Shown in pieces: positions 20,201 to 30,094 of a stretch of 64,000 nucleotides of DNA. Numbering within the stretch: position 1 is the first letter of the stretch; each line of letters begins with the position of its first letter. The position numbers and the translations under genes are program-made. Source of the DNA: an uncultured virus (IMG/VR IMGVR_UViG_3300005083_000031). Lineage: Duplodnaviria; Heunggongvirae; Uroviricota; Caudoviricetes. Under the pieces are notes generated by a model. The model searched no databases and had not been told where the DNA came from. It was given only the letters and a program-made list of their open reading frames with translations. The stretch is from IMG/VR virus record IMGVR_UViG_3300005083_000031, one strand, 5' to 3'.

Positions 20201-23200
20201 CTGGACAAGGGGACCTTCGGGGATGGCGTGCGTGTCAGACTGAAGGATGGGGTTGTCGTCAACATTAAAAACACGAGGGAACTTTTCAACAACCCCCAGT
20301 ACGATGCCCTTACCAAGGAGGAGAAGACGGCCCTGTCCTATGAATACGGGGAGGCGATCTCCGAGGCACGCGCCCCGAGAGCCGAGAGGTTCATAAAGGC
20401 CCCGGACCCCTCGAAGCCTTGGCAGCAGTTTGTGGCGAATCGTCTTGTCCCTCTATACAAGGGAGCCAGGCTCATCACCATAGGATGGCCGGCAGGCCGC
20501 GCCGTCGTTCTCGTTGATGCGTACGGTTTCAAGATACCGTTCTATCTTTCGACAGGCGACGGAAAGAAGCTGGATGTCCCGCACGGCAAGTGGTTTCCGT
20601 TCTTCGGTTACGGCGGGCCCGGTTTCGGCAGGGGGTGGTTCAACAAGACCCATGGCAAGGACATGAACGCCTTCTACGGGATACCCGAACTTGGGGAGAT
20701 CGCGGAGGCGCTCAACGAGATGATCGGGGACATCCGTCCAGTCAAGGAGCGCGGGCGAGGAGCCAATCAGAACGATCTCATCAACCTGGACATGGTCAAG
20801 GATCCGGAAGGCAATCTGTCCGGTAACATTCCCGAGAGCGATCATCTGGACGTCATGGATCTGATCAACTCGAGTTTCGAGGAGGTCGTGACGTCGGTGA
20901 TGTTCGACGTCGAGCGACAGTCCGATCGCGTGAAGGCGAACATAAAGCGCGTGGCCGAACATTTCAACGCCATGCGTAATGCTCCTCCGACAGTTACCTC
21001 CCAATCCCGCAATCCCGATGCGGCGAGCTTCCAGGGACGGCTGGATTCCTTGGGGTTGCTGCGTACAGGCACGTGGGTCAAGAACAGCCTGGGAGATGAT
21101 ATAGTTGACATTGGCGGCATGACATTGGATCAGGCGGCGAGTGCAATCGACAAAACCTTTTTAGATAGGTTCTATGACGGCGCCATAAACTTATGGAACA
21201 CCACACCCAGAGAGAACGGTACAATCAAATGGGATCTGAACACCGTGGAAAATTTATATAACGAATTTATTTCCAAGATTCCATGGAATCCGTTTGATAC
21301 TAGAGAGAACGCCATAAATACTTTCAAAGAGTTTGTTGGAACGGACGCGGGTGGCGAAGTTCGATTTGGCAATCTTGGCGCAGGTGGTAGGTACCTATTC
21401 GAAGATGTCCAGATTGATGCTCTAATGAATTTGTTTGAGAGCATGCAGGGCACCATTCCGATGTCTACCTATCAAATGGTGAAATGGCTTAGTCCAAGAT
21501 TTGAACCGATAGAAGGCGAAACTCGCGCAGAACAGAATTTTCTGTATCTACGTTTTGACCCTTCATATTCACTACGTCCTGGGTCATATATACATGAAGT
21601 GACCCATATGCTAGCCAAGAATACTCCAGTTATCAAGGATCCGAATGAGCGGGCGAAACACAGGAACCCCATGTGGGAACTGTACGATGCCCTGTTTGGT
21701 GGATCGGGCTGGGAGCCAATGCTTTCCGATCCTAATTCTTATGGTTATAGGTATTTAGACGATGTTGTGAGCATTCACAAGGCATTAACCCGTTTTGTCA
21801 AAACCAGTATGTCACCTGACCCTAACAATGCAGGCGATGTATTTTTATTTAATAATCACTCTCTTTCCTTCTATCAGTATCTGCATAGAGCCACTGAGGT
21901 AGTTGCACGTGTTGCGGACATGTATTTCAATAGAATGATTGGCAGGGAAGCTATACTTAATGAGTCGCCCGAGTCAAGTAAGGCAATGATTGAATTTCAT
22001 GAACCGTATTACAAACTACTGGAACCCATTTTTGACAAATTGTGCAAGCGGGGGGCGTACGCCCCAAGAATCACTAACCCGAATCTGACAACGTCAGGTT
22101 CACTGGAGGACTCCGGAAATGGCGCTAGACGCGGCGGAAATACAGCATCGGCTGAAGAGGGGGTACACCATGGAGGATATCGAGAGGATGAACCGTCTTT
22201 CGGAGGAGAGGCGGGCGGCGTTGGAGAGGGAGCTGCGCAGCCGTCCGTTCGTGCCGGTGCCGCCGGATATGGAGGTGATATCGGGCAAGCCTTGGGACGG
22301 GCCGACCTATCCGGGGGAGGAGCGGGATTAGACACCCTCGTCATCGACAAGTCGATAACCCTCGACGCCCTCAGGACGTTCACGGATAAGCTGGGGATCA
22401 AGCTGGAGCCGCCCAAGCCCGAGCCCGAGCCCGAACCCGGGGCGGAGGAGGCGGAGTTCGAGACCGAGGACCGCAGGCCCTCGAAGCTCAACCTGCCCGG
22501 CCACGTCGAGTCCGTCCGGGAGTCCACCGACGTCCGCCCGAGGACCGATGAGGAGGTCAGGAAGGCGCGGGAGGGCATCGCCGCCGCGCAGGGCAAGGCG
22601 CCCACCGACGAGGACGGGGCCCTCTTCGAACCCCACAAGATCGACCCCGACAACCTGTTCCACGGCGAGGGCATCGAGCTTCCCGCCGGGATCGGCAAGG
22701 CCGTCGAGGTGGAGTGGGTGCCCGTTCTCGACGACGAGGGCGAGCCGGCTCACGACAAGCGCGGGAACCCCATCCTCAGGGAGCGCCTCGTACGGGGGCC
22801 CATGCCCCTGTGGCAGGGGCGCACCATCCCCAACTTCGTCCTCCTCTGGCACGCCTCCCACGGCAACAAGGACGCCCTGCGGGAACTCGCCGGAACCTAC
22901 CAGATGCTGGCCCACAGCCCCGTGGCGCGTCGGGAGGCGTATCTCATCGGCCAGCTCATGGCCCCCGCCTACTACGTCCTCGACCCCGGCACCTTCGGCG
23001 ACGTCCTGAAAAAGGCTCTCAAGGACATAAACGTCAGGACGAAGCACAGGGACTTCCGTCGCATCTTCGAGGCCACGTACGCGCAGATGATGGAGAAGCT
23101 CGTGTCCTCCGAGAACGTCACGTACCTCCACCGCATGAACGTCATCGAGGACAACATCGACATCATCAGGGCGATGGAGGACTCGGACGACATCGCCGAG

Positions 23201-26200
23201 ATCGCCGGACGCCAGATCGCCGAGCTCAAGGCCGGGATCATCCTGGCCTACCAGAGGGCCCGGACGCAGGGGCTGACGAAGGCGATGAAGGAGAGCGAAC
23301 TCCCGGTCCTGAAAGGGACGTCGGAATCGGAGCGGCAGGACCTGATCGAGCTGGGCCGGTGGATGTCCCGCATCGACTGGACCCGCCGCGAGATCAATGA
23401 CATGGTCGAGCGCGGCACCGTCGGGTGGCACCTCGATTCCAGCGACCCGATGTCCCCCCACTACATCTCCGCCGCGATGCGGAGGAAGGCCCTCCTGAAG
23501 CTGGCGGACGAGGCCGCGGGCGTGCAGGCGCCGAAAGGCGGCTCGGCATCCCGGAAAAGAGGCGTCATCGACATGGTGGTCGCCTCCGTCGGCGAGGAGG
23601 GCGAGCAGCTCTTCGACGGCGGCGTCTCCGACGACGGCTCGCGCTTCGAGATCCGGCGCATGGTGGACCCGAACACGGTCATCTTCACGGAGACCGATCC
23701 CGACACCGGGGAGATCGGCGGCTGGGACGAGCCCATCTGGAAATTCGTCCAGGGCGGCGAGGAGTCCGAGGCGATGACGCTGGAGGATGCGTTCGCCTCC
23801 ACCGACCCGCACGGCGACCTCGCGAAGCACACCTTCGCCGTGTTCCAGCAGATCGTCGATCCCCGCGACGAGCAGGGCCGTCCCGTCCATTCGGACGTAT
23901 TCATCTCCGATTACGTCCCCAAGGAGGCGGCGGACACGCCCGCCGGACGCCAGTGGACGAAGGAGCTGGAGGCGCAACTGGTGAAGGATCGGGACAATTC
24001 GGCCCGGTTCGCGAAGGCGACCGAGCGTCGGTACAAGCTCTACAAGCAGAAGGAGGAGTCCTACGAGAAGGTCGCCGCCGAGTACTTCCCCGTGCAGGAG
24101 AGATGGAACGACTTCCAGTTGATGGATCGCATCGAGAGGGAGTTCGGCGGTCTCGCGGGTCTGCGGAAGGAATACGAGGACGCCGTCGCGGAATTCAATG
24201 CGCTTGACGACGCGAAGGTCAGGAACGAGCGGCGGGCGCTGGTGAAGCAGTACGCGGAACTCGTCTCGATGAGAGAGGGCGACGAGCTGGTCGCGAACAG
24301 GAAGGGGGCGGAGTCCGAGGATGCGCAGGCCCTCCGCCAGCGCATCCGCGAGCTGGATCCGAGAGCCGCCGCCGAGAAGGTCCTGCTGGCGAACGATAGG
24401 GTGCAGGTGGCGCTCGATATCGTGAAGCAGCTCAGGAAGACCGTCGGCGACAGGAAGTACGACGACGTCAGGGAGGAGTGGAAACGGCGGTACGACAACG
24501 CCTACGACGCCAAGTGGAACGCGCAGGCGGAGCTGGTGAAGGCGCAGGCGGGCTACGAGATGATGCGCGACCTGCTGTTCCAGCAGAGTTCCAGATACGC
24601 CAGCCGTCTCGAGATGCGCGACATGATGACCGGAAAGGCCCGGCTGAAGGGGTCCGACGGATGGCTGTTCCCGCCCACGATCCCCGGCGAGCAGCTCGTG
24701 TGGGTTGACACCGTCGGGATGATCTTCAACGAGAAGACCGGGAAGAAGGAACCGACCTACGAGTTCAACCACAACTACTGGGGCGGAAGGCCCCTTCCCT
24801 CCGACGGGCATCTCGTCATCACGTCGTCCAAGATCGACGGCCGCATCCCCAGCCAGTTCAGCAAGGTGTGGAGCGTGTGGGACCGCACCACCGGCAGGTA
24901 CCTGTACAGCGAGGCCGCCGGAGGCACCGACATGACGATGCGGCAGGCCATCAACCTGGCGCGTGAGATCTACGAGGACGGCATCAATCTGATGTACATG
25001 ACGGGGCAGTTGGTGAAGTCCGACTGGGCCGGGGTGGACGCCTCGCAGGTCTACGACGTGTGGACGCCCGTGGAGGATGGCTTCCACACCGACATGGATT
25101 CCAAGGAGGCGGCGTCGAACGACGCCCTGCGGAAGGCGCGGTACCGGAGGCAGAAGGAGGGGACGAGGGACTATCCGGAGGGCCAGGAGCCTGTCGAGAA
25201 CCTGCGCTGGCACACCGACACGGACTACCGGGAGCTGCAGGGGCGGATCGTCCTCGCCGACTTCTATCAGCGCCATCCCGAGCTCGACCCGAAAAGCGAG
25301 CTGTTCGACCCGGCGATCAGGCTGACGCGGGAGGAAGTGAAGAAGCTGCAGGTCCAGGATCACGTCGACTATCTCACCATGTGGGACACCCGCCACAGCC
25401 TTCTCGCCGCGCTGGGCGCCATGCGCACGCGAGGGGCCGGNNGCCGGGGCGGCGTCCCGATGACGTTCATCCGCCTCCTTCCCGGCATCGGGGACGGCCT
25501 GACGCCCGAGCAGATGCGCGACGCGAAGCTCATCTCCATATCGGCGCCGGACACGGCGCGGCAGAAGCTGACGGGGGCGAAGGGGGTCGTCCTGGACAGG
25601 TCGAAGTCGAAGGCGAAGGAGTACGAGCCCACCGACGTGTGGCAGCAGCGATGGAAGGTCACCCATGGCGACAAGGTGGTGCTGGAGAACGTGACCGTCG
25701 CCGAGGCGCTGGATTACATAAGGGACTATCTGATGCCCGGCAGGACCACGGAGGAGAGGGAGGCCAACCTTCGCAGGAGCTTCGTCACGAACATGAGCGG
25801 GAACCTCATCGGCGGGCCCCGCGTCGCCCAGGCGTACGCCATCAGGGAGGGTGACATCGAGGCGGCGTTCAAGGCCGCGTCGGAGCATGCGGCCAACCCG
25901 AGCCCCGACGTGAAGGAGAAGGTCATCAACTATCTGACGAAGGTGCTGAACGGCGACACGGGGACGGTGCTGGCGTACAAGTTCCGGATGTGGGCCGCGA
26001 ACGCGGGCCTTCCCGCGGATCAGCGCCTGCCGTTCTGGGACGACTATCAGGCGACTCTCGGGAAGGCGAACTCGCAGGAGAAACTCCAGGCGTTCAACTA
26101 CCTGTCCAGGGCGCTGAAGGACAACAGGAACGTCGAGGTGCAGAAGGAACTCATGTCGCAGCTCCAGACCTTGCTGATCAACGGACCGACGGCCCGACGC

Positions 26201-29200
26201 GCCGATCTCGGCTTCCTTGACGAGAAGAATATCTATCGCTCGACCGTGAACCCGGTGTCCGCCGACACCCTTGATAACATACGCCGGTTCGCCAAGCTCG
26301 CCGGAAAGTGGGGCGACCCCACTCCCTACCGGAGAATGGCCAAATTCTACGAGAAGAGGATGGAGCGGGAGGAGGAGGCCGAAAGGATCGCGGAGATCCG
26401 CGAAAGGGAGAGGAAGGCCGCGGAGGAGATGCGCAGGGAGGAGCGCATGCGGGACATCATCAGGAGAGAGAGGGAGGCGAAGCTGACGGAGGAGGCCGCG
26501 AAGGAGGAGAGGGAGAATCAGAGGAAGGAGCTGGAGAGGCAGCATCAGGAGATCCGGAAGATGCAGCGGAAGCCGCAGCCCTTCGGCACGGCGACGCGGT
26601 ACTTCAGGCCGACGGGCGACGACAGGCTGGCCATCGTCTCCGACGGCATGGTCGTGAAGAACGGGCTCGTGTACGCGGCGGACGGCACGACGCTGCTCGG
26701 GGAGCGGCACACCTTCGACCCGAGAGTGTACTTCACGCTCAATCCGGATAACCCCGAGGCGTTCCAGCTCACGCCCGACCATGTCATCAACTGGAAGACC
26801 CAGATGGTGTACGAGAGGGATTCCGTCGGCAAGGGGATGGAGGTCGGGTTCATCACCGACGACCTCGCCACCGTCGACGAGACGGTCAAGAGATACATCC
26901 AGGCCGCCCTCGCCGAGCAGGCACCCCCTGCCCAGGACGTGTCCAGCAACGACATGCCGCCCGATCTGACCTCGGCCGACTGGGCGCCGAGGGCGGGTCT
27001 CGACGCCGCGGAGCAAACTGACATCAGGGATGGCGCCGATCCCGTCGCCGCCGCCCGCCCCGCGAGAACCGTCCCGGACTGGAAAACGGAGGCCATGGAC
27101 ATGGCGAGAATGAAGGAGCCGGAGCGGCAGGCCGCCGTCGCCGACATCGCGAAGTACGCATCGGGTTCCACCTACGAGCAGGACAAGGGCGTGCTCGCGA
27201 AGGCGTCCTACTGGCTCGCCGAGAAGTTCGTGGACTACACCGCCCCGGTCAAGGCGCTCTTCAACGGCGTCACGAACCCCATGGAGGGCGGCCGTCTGAC
27301 TCAGACTTTCGAACTGATGCAGTCCCGGACGAACGGCATGAGGGTCAAGTTCCTCACCGACATCGTGCAGCCCCTCGACGATCTTCTGACGAAGCAGGCG
27401 AAGGCGCTGGGCGTCGGCGTGGACGAGTGGAAGGAGACCGTTGCCGACTACGGCAACGCACGCCACGCCCTCGTCGAGGGCAACGCCCGTCTCGTCGAGC
27501 AGTTGAAGGAGGACCTCAGGCAGGCCCTCGCGGACGACAACACGAAACGCGCCTCGCAGATCAACAGGAAGCTCAAGCTCGTGAAGGAGCACCTCGAGGA
27601 CGAGGTCAACCTGAACAAGGCGGGGAAGGCGCTCGCCCCCATGGCCATGGGCTACACCAACGCCCAGGCGCGGACGCGCATGCGGGAGCTGGAGGGCCGG
27701 TACGGCGTCGACGTCCTGAACGAGGGGGCCGACGCCTACGTCCAGGCGTTCAGGAGCATCCTCATGGAGCGCGTCCGGGCCGGTCTCATGACCGAGGAGG
27801 AACTCGCCAGGTTCCCGAACTTCAAGTACTACCTCCCCGCCATCACCAAGGCCGAGGACCTGGCGTCCGCCATGAACGACGCCCACGTCTACAGCCCCGG
27901 CGGCTACTTCACTCGCCACGGCTCCTACCAGCGGCCTGACAGCCAGTGGAACAACCTCCAGCGCTACCTCGTCAAGGTGGCCACCGAGATCGGATCCGGC
28001 GAGTTCCTCGACACGCTGTTCGCCCTGCACCAGGCCGGGGTCCTTCCCGAGGACGCCATCATGTCGCACAGCTACGGCGCCCTCATGGCGATGCGGGCCG
28101 GACACAACTCCGGACTCTCCCTCATCATGCGCGAGATGGCCAACAAGGGCTTCAGGTACCGCGGCACCAAGATCGACGAGAAGACGGGCGAGGAGAAGCC
28201 GCACCTCTACTGGATCGGGTTCAACCCCCTGTGGAAGGACGACGTCCTCGGCATCGACGGAGGGAAGCTCACCGACGCCATCCTGCCCATCGCCAAGGGC
28301 GACCCCGGCCTGAAGGGGCTGGGCAAGGTGACGTCCAAGTTCGGCCAGCTCTTCACCCGCTTCATCCCCTTCTTCGCCGTGGTCAACAGCCACCGCGACG
28401 GGCTGGAACGGGCGGCCAACATGGCGTCGAGGAAGTACCTGAAGGAGGACGGCACCCTCATCGAGGGCTCCTCCCTGCTCCCCTCCTTCTTCGCGGAGAC
28501 GGCGGGGCTGACGGTGCCCGGCAGGATGTCGGACTTCCTCGCCGGACGCGTGGACCCGAACTCGGAGATGGGAAGGCTCTGGACCGAGTTCCGGAACAAC
28601 GGCCTCTTCCAGGACATGACCCCCGGCACGTCGCTGCTGGCCCAGCGGCTGAACCCGAAGGAGCTCAAGCCGAGGGAGCGCAAGGGGCTCGCCGGTTTCT
28701 GGCAGGCCGTCGACGTGCTGGACGGCGCCCGCAAGAAGATCGTCTACGGGGTCCTCGACCAGTGGAACCTGAAGTGGAACACCACCCCCGCCTTCGCCCA
28801 GTACATAGCGATGCGCAAGGCCGGGATGAGCGAGCGCAACGCCGCCCACGCCACGCTGGAGCTGATGAACCTGTACCAGAAGGGGACCCTCAACAACCTG
28901 CTCTCCGCCGTGTTCCCGTACGTCCGCCCCGTCGTGCAGTCGGGGGTCAACATCCTCCGGAGCGTCGGGCTCGGCGGCAAGGTGCAGAACCAGGGGCGCC
29001 TGAAGCAGGGGCTCAAGGGGACGGCGGTCATGCTGTCGGCGATGGTGGCCATGCAGGCCCTCATCCAGATGCAGCGCGAGGCCCTCGGGCAGAACGCCGA
29101 CGGGACGTGGGAGTACGACCGCCTCACGCCCAGCCAGAAGTCCCGCTACATCCACATCAGCAGGGACATCCAGATACCCACCACCTTCGGACCGGCATCC

Positions 29201-30094
29201 TTCGGCATCATGGCCGCCGTCGTCAACGACGCCATGGACCGGGGGCTGCTGAGCGGACAGGACGCCGCCATGGAGATGGTCGCCACCCTCGGCAAGGCCA
29301 TGTTCCCCGACCAGCGCCCCGAGTTCGCCGTCACGAAGGACCCCTTCGCATGGTTCCTCCGGGCCCTCCTTCCCCAATGGATGGCGCCCGTCGCCGAGGT
29401 GGCCACCAATCGCGACTACCAGGGCAACGTCATCAGCTACGCGAAGGGCGACGGCAGCACCGCCAAGGCGTATCAGGGCTCCTTCTCGACGCCCAAGATA
29501 TTCCACGACATGTCGCAGGGCCTTCTGGAATGGACGGGCACGGACACGGCCCCCGAACAGCTCAAGCACGGCTTCTTCCAGCTCGCCGCCGGGCCGCTCT
29601 CCTGGCTGCGGGACGTCGTCCGCATGCAGCAGCCCTACAAGGGCATCGTCGCCTACGACGACGCCAAGATAAATCCGTGGCTCAGGGCCCTGGGGGCCGG
29701 GATGATCCTGACGCCCCGCTACACCGGCAGCTACGGGGCGTTCAACCAGGCGTACGAATCCGTCAAGAGCCGGATCCGCGAGGCGGGGATCAAGATGACC
29801 GACCCGAAGAACGTCGGCAACCCCCTCAAGGCGAGGCAGTTCTGGACGAACCAGTTGGCCGCCGCGGGATTCGACAACGACGACATACAGACCTTCCTCG
29901 TCGGCCACGACACCGAGACCGCCGTCCGCAGGATGACCAACGACTTCGCCAAGCAGTGGGGCGACATCTACCGCCGGTCCGAAAGCACCCAGGATCTGGA
30001 GGCGCCGCTTCGGGAGCTTGAGGAGAAGCAGGCGGAGCTCTACGAGGACGCGGTCAGGAACATGCCATACTGGCAGAGGTTGAACGCGGCATGA
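17207..30094 (+). CDS. Giant (~4295 aa) internal virion / large polyvalent protein with zincin HExxH module and LPD38-like C-terminus
   Basis: Single open frame; ATGA-coupled start; hydrophobic Gly/Ala N-terminal segments; HEVTH at 21593-21607; C-terminal 'P..EVATNRDYQG..I...TP' pattern. Confidence 0.85.
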   Translation: MTGWEIPQVPAIPDPFKSGGGDDGLSLLRMAQGMLGRRGGGGGGGGAIFDPDIGDYVNIPGDTASERQANFEAWKQWQLNQKLAALEEDPEVGDAVKALRNPEGLSTKKAKEEIAKLRAAIPAAAARHKISPALLARAVVDPIEKANEKRAADAFSLGTELHAAALSAKQSLKGSVDAIRDAMPWSTEEEQFQRWQQRLKDEEEDRKRNAYLQERTLRIAEAQQADPEGMHQLDYFLENPLGETLVGFGHAAPLIGGMAAAGPAAGLLGPLGGAAMLGANTALFAAMGAQEAQQAAFERIKQSNPGMSDAEAWEQANEASGAGALGGAVAGAAPFGIARGVGAMGIRAPQLLARAQMAAGKGAGAEALKKATADLPNMMLGTANRVAPKAEAAVLKIARESLGAEVKAAGGTADDYLARLITTPIPKAAQTPAMARAQALAEMYNKRGFIGRTVAHTPQTLADLEAMHIANELGRNAGIAQATGEPMEGVGLEGMLTTAATALPFAMMGGIRKPKVPVGEMVPKPKTTDTGKGGTDAAPVEGVGGTALPQDVLDLDPSAPDYEARLYQLFDRDARTDVDVSEDYLGAYTDFKKHLEKVGADLSKKKSKMSPDRFIQEAFRFGENADLDVEDNVWMRTLRAAREVVMLAPPEYRGAAVRETMNMLRWLETKSGYGFKSERGAGHFSIADAFLTYLAHPERFEEVDANGRRNIHLFQKRGGAPIDAAAWVKSGGGDAGAGVREKVERVGKANSIDEYVDFIDSMVAFDELFSNKDGTPISPFLASGKPNPTFRKRFAEWLQLSKHYKKGDQKTLDRLLARVANRWNRKFADMGTEGETDQTGQKGGKKGGKKGGKKGAKPKVQNEVTFDSKDHAGIKNVSYDIRKDKFKKGSVIVLEDGTQFDLSGKKFFEGLQEAMAQMKDPAYAQKLVKVMSDKLAAVMEANEKAKGGKKGKKGGKGDEEGKGDEEGKGDEEGEGEGEGEGEGEGDGVSLSDAFKSFDLDKGTFGDGVRVRLKDGVVVNIKNTRELFNNPQYDALTKEEKTALSYEYGEAISEARAPRAERFIKAPDPSKPWQQFVANRLVPLYKGARLITIGWPAGRAVVLVDAYGFKIPFYLSTGDGKKLDVPHGKWFPFFGYGGPGFGRGWFNKTHGKDMNAFYGIPELGEIAEALNEMIGDIRPVKERGRGANQNDLINLDMVKDPEGNLSGNIPESDHLDVMDLINSSFEEVVTSVMFDVERQSDRVKANIKRVAEHFNAMRNAPPTVTSQSRNPDAASFQGRLDSLGLLRTGTWVKNSLGDDIVDIGGMTLDQAASAIDKTFLDRFYDGAINLWNTTPRENGTIKWDLNTVENLYNEFISKIPWNPFDTRENAINTFKEFVGTDAGGEVRFGNLGAGGRYLFEDVQIDALMNLFESMQGTIPMSTYQMVKWLSPRFEPIEGETRAEQNFLYLRFDPSYSLRPGSYIHEVTHMLAKNTPVIKDPNERAKHRNPMWELYDALFGGSGWEPMLSDPNSYGYRYLDDVVSIHKALTRFVKTSMSPDPNNAGDVFLFNNHSLSFYQYLHRATEVVARVADMYFNRMIGREAILNESPESSKAMIEFHEPYYKLLEPIFDKLCKRGAYAPRITNPNLTTSGSLEDSGNGARRGGNTASAEEGVHHGGYREDEPSFGGEAGGVGEGAAQPSVRAGAAGYGGDIGQALGRADLSGGGAGLDTLVIDKSITLDALRTFTDKLGIKLEPPKPEPEPEPGAEEAEFETEDRRPSKLNLPGHVESVRESTDVRPRTDEEVRKAREGIAAAQGKAPTDEDGALFEPHKIDPDNLFHGEGIELPAGIGKAVEVEWVPVLDDEGEPAHDKRGNPILRERLVRGPMPLWQGRTIPNFVLLWHASHGNKDALRELAGTYQMLAHSPVARREAYLIGQLMAPAYYVLDPGTFGDVLKKALKDINVRTKHRDFRRIFEATYAQMMEKLVSSENVTYLHRMNVIEDNIDIIRAMEDSDDIAEIAGRQIAELKAGIILAYQRARTQGLTKAMKESELPVLKGTSESERQDLIELGRWMSRIDWTRREINDMVERGTVGWHLDSSDPMSPHYISAAMRRKALLKLADEAAGVQAPKGGSASRKRGVIDMVVASVGEEGEQLFDGGVSDDGSRFEIRRMVDPNTVIFTETDPDTGEIGGWDEPIWKFVQGGEESEAMTLEDAFASTDPHGDLAKHTFAVFQQIVDPRDEQGRPVHSDVFISDYVPKEAADTPAGRQWTKELEAQLVKDRDNSARFAKATERRYKLYKQKEESYEKVAAEYFPVQERWNDFQLMDRIEREFGGLAGLRKEYEDAVAEFNALDDAKVRNERRALVKQYAELVSMREGDELVANRKGAESEDAQALRQRIRELDPRAAAEKVLLANDRVQVALDIVKQLRKTVGDRKYDDVREEWKRRYDNAYDAKWNAQAELVKAQAGYEMMRDLLFQQSSRYASRLEMRDMMTGKARLKGSDGWLFPPTIPGEQLVWVDTVGMIFNEKTGKKEPTYEFNHNYWGGRPLPSDGHLVITSSKIDGRIPSQFSKVWSVWDRTTGRYLYSEAAGGTDMTMRQAINLAREIYEDGINLMYMTGQLVKSDWAGVDASQVYDVWTPVEDGFHTDMDSKEAASNDALRKARYRRQKEGTRDYPEGQEPVENLRWHTDTDYRELQGRIVLADFYQRHPELDPKSELFDPAIRLTREEVKKLQVQDHVDYLTMWDTRHSLLAALGAMRTRGAXXRGGVPMTFIRLLPGIGDGLTPEQMRDAKLISISAPDTARQKLTGAKGVVLDRSKSKAKEYEPTDVWQQRWKVTHGDKVVLENVTVAEALDYIRDYLMPGRTTEEREANLRRSFVTNMSGNLIGGPRVAQAYAIREGDIEAAFKAASEHAANPSPDVKEKVINYLTKVLNGDTGTVLAYKFRMWAANAGLPADQRLPFWDDYQATLGKANSQEKLQAFNYLSRALKDNRNVEVQKELMSQLQTLLINGPTARRADLGFLDEKNIYRSTVNPVSADTLDNIRRFAKLAGKWGDPTPYRRMAKFYEKRMEREEEAERIAEIRERERKAAEEMRREERMRDIIRREREAKLTEEAAKEERENQRKELERQHQEIRKMQRKPQPFGTATRYFRPTGDDRLAIVSDGMVVKNGLVYAADGTTLLGERHTFDPRVYFTLNPDNPEAFQLTPDHVINWKTQMVYERDSVGKGMEVGFITDDLATVDETVKRYIQAALAEQAPPAQDVSSNDMPPDLTSADWAPRAGLDAAEQTDIRDGADPVAAARPARTVPDWKTEAMDMARMKEPERQAAVADIAKYASGSTYEQDKGVLAKASYWLAEKFVDYTAPVKALFNGVTNPMEGGRLTQTFELMQSRTNGMRVKFLTDIVQPLDDLLTKQAKALGVGVDEWKETVADYGNARHALVEGNARLVEQLKEDLRQALADDNTKRASQINRKLKLVKEHLEDEVNLNKAGKALAPMAMGYTNAQARTRMRELEGRYGVDVLNEGADAYVQAFRSILMERVRAGLMTEEELARFPNFKYYLPAITKAEDLASAMNDAHVYSPGGYFTRHGSYQRPDSQWNNLQRYLVKVATEIGSGEFLDTLFALHQAGVLPEDAIMSHSYGALMAMRAGHNSGLSLIMREMANKGFRYRGTKIDEKTGEEKPHLYWIGFNPLWKDDVLGIDGGKLTDAILPIAKGDPGLKGLGKVTSKFGQLFTRFIPFFAVVNSHRDGLERAANMASRKYLKEDGTLIEGSSLLPSFFAETAGLTVPGRMSDFLAGRVDPNSEMGRLWTEFRNNGLFQDMTPGTSLLAQRLNPKELKPRERKGLAGFWQAVDVLDGARKKIVYGVLDQWNLKWNTTPAFAQYIAMRKAGMSERNAAHATLELMNLYQKGTLNNLLSAVFPYVRPVVQSGVNILRSVGLGGKVQNQGRLKQGLKGTAVMLSAMVAMQALIQMQREALGQNADGTWEYDRLTPSQKSRYIHISRDIQIPTTFGPASFGIMAAVVNDAMDRGLLSGQDAAMEMVATLGKAMFPDQRPEFAVTKDPFAWFLRALLPQWMAPVAEVATNRDYQGNVISYAKGDGSTAKAYQGSFSTPKIFHDMSQGLLEWTGTDTAPEQLKHGFFQLAAGPLSWLRDVVRMQQPYKGIVAYDDAKINPWLRALGAGMILTPRYTGSYGAFNQAYESVKSRIREAGIKMTDPKNVGNPLKARQFWTNQLAAAGFDNDDIQTFLVGHDTETAVRRMTNDFAKQWGDIYRRSESTQDLEAPLRELEEKQAELYEDAVRNMPYWQRLNAA
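19727..19775 (+). repeat. 12-bp coding tandem repeat (KGGK)n
   Basis: aagggcggcaag repeated about three times. Confidence 0.8.
20041..20165 (+). repeat. Coding low-complexity repeats (GKGDEE)3 and (GE)n
   Basis: Direct reading of sequence. Confidence 0.8.

Noticed and set aside
22328..29908. 2526-aa minus-strand ORF
   Set aside because: Antisense shadow of the giant gene caused by GC3 bias; composition rich in V/L/G/H/R with no motifs.
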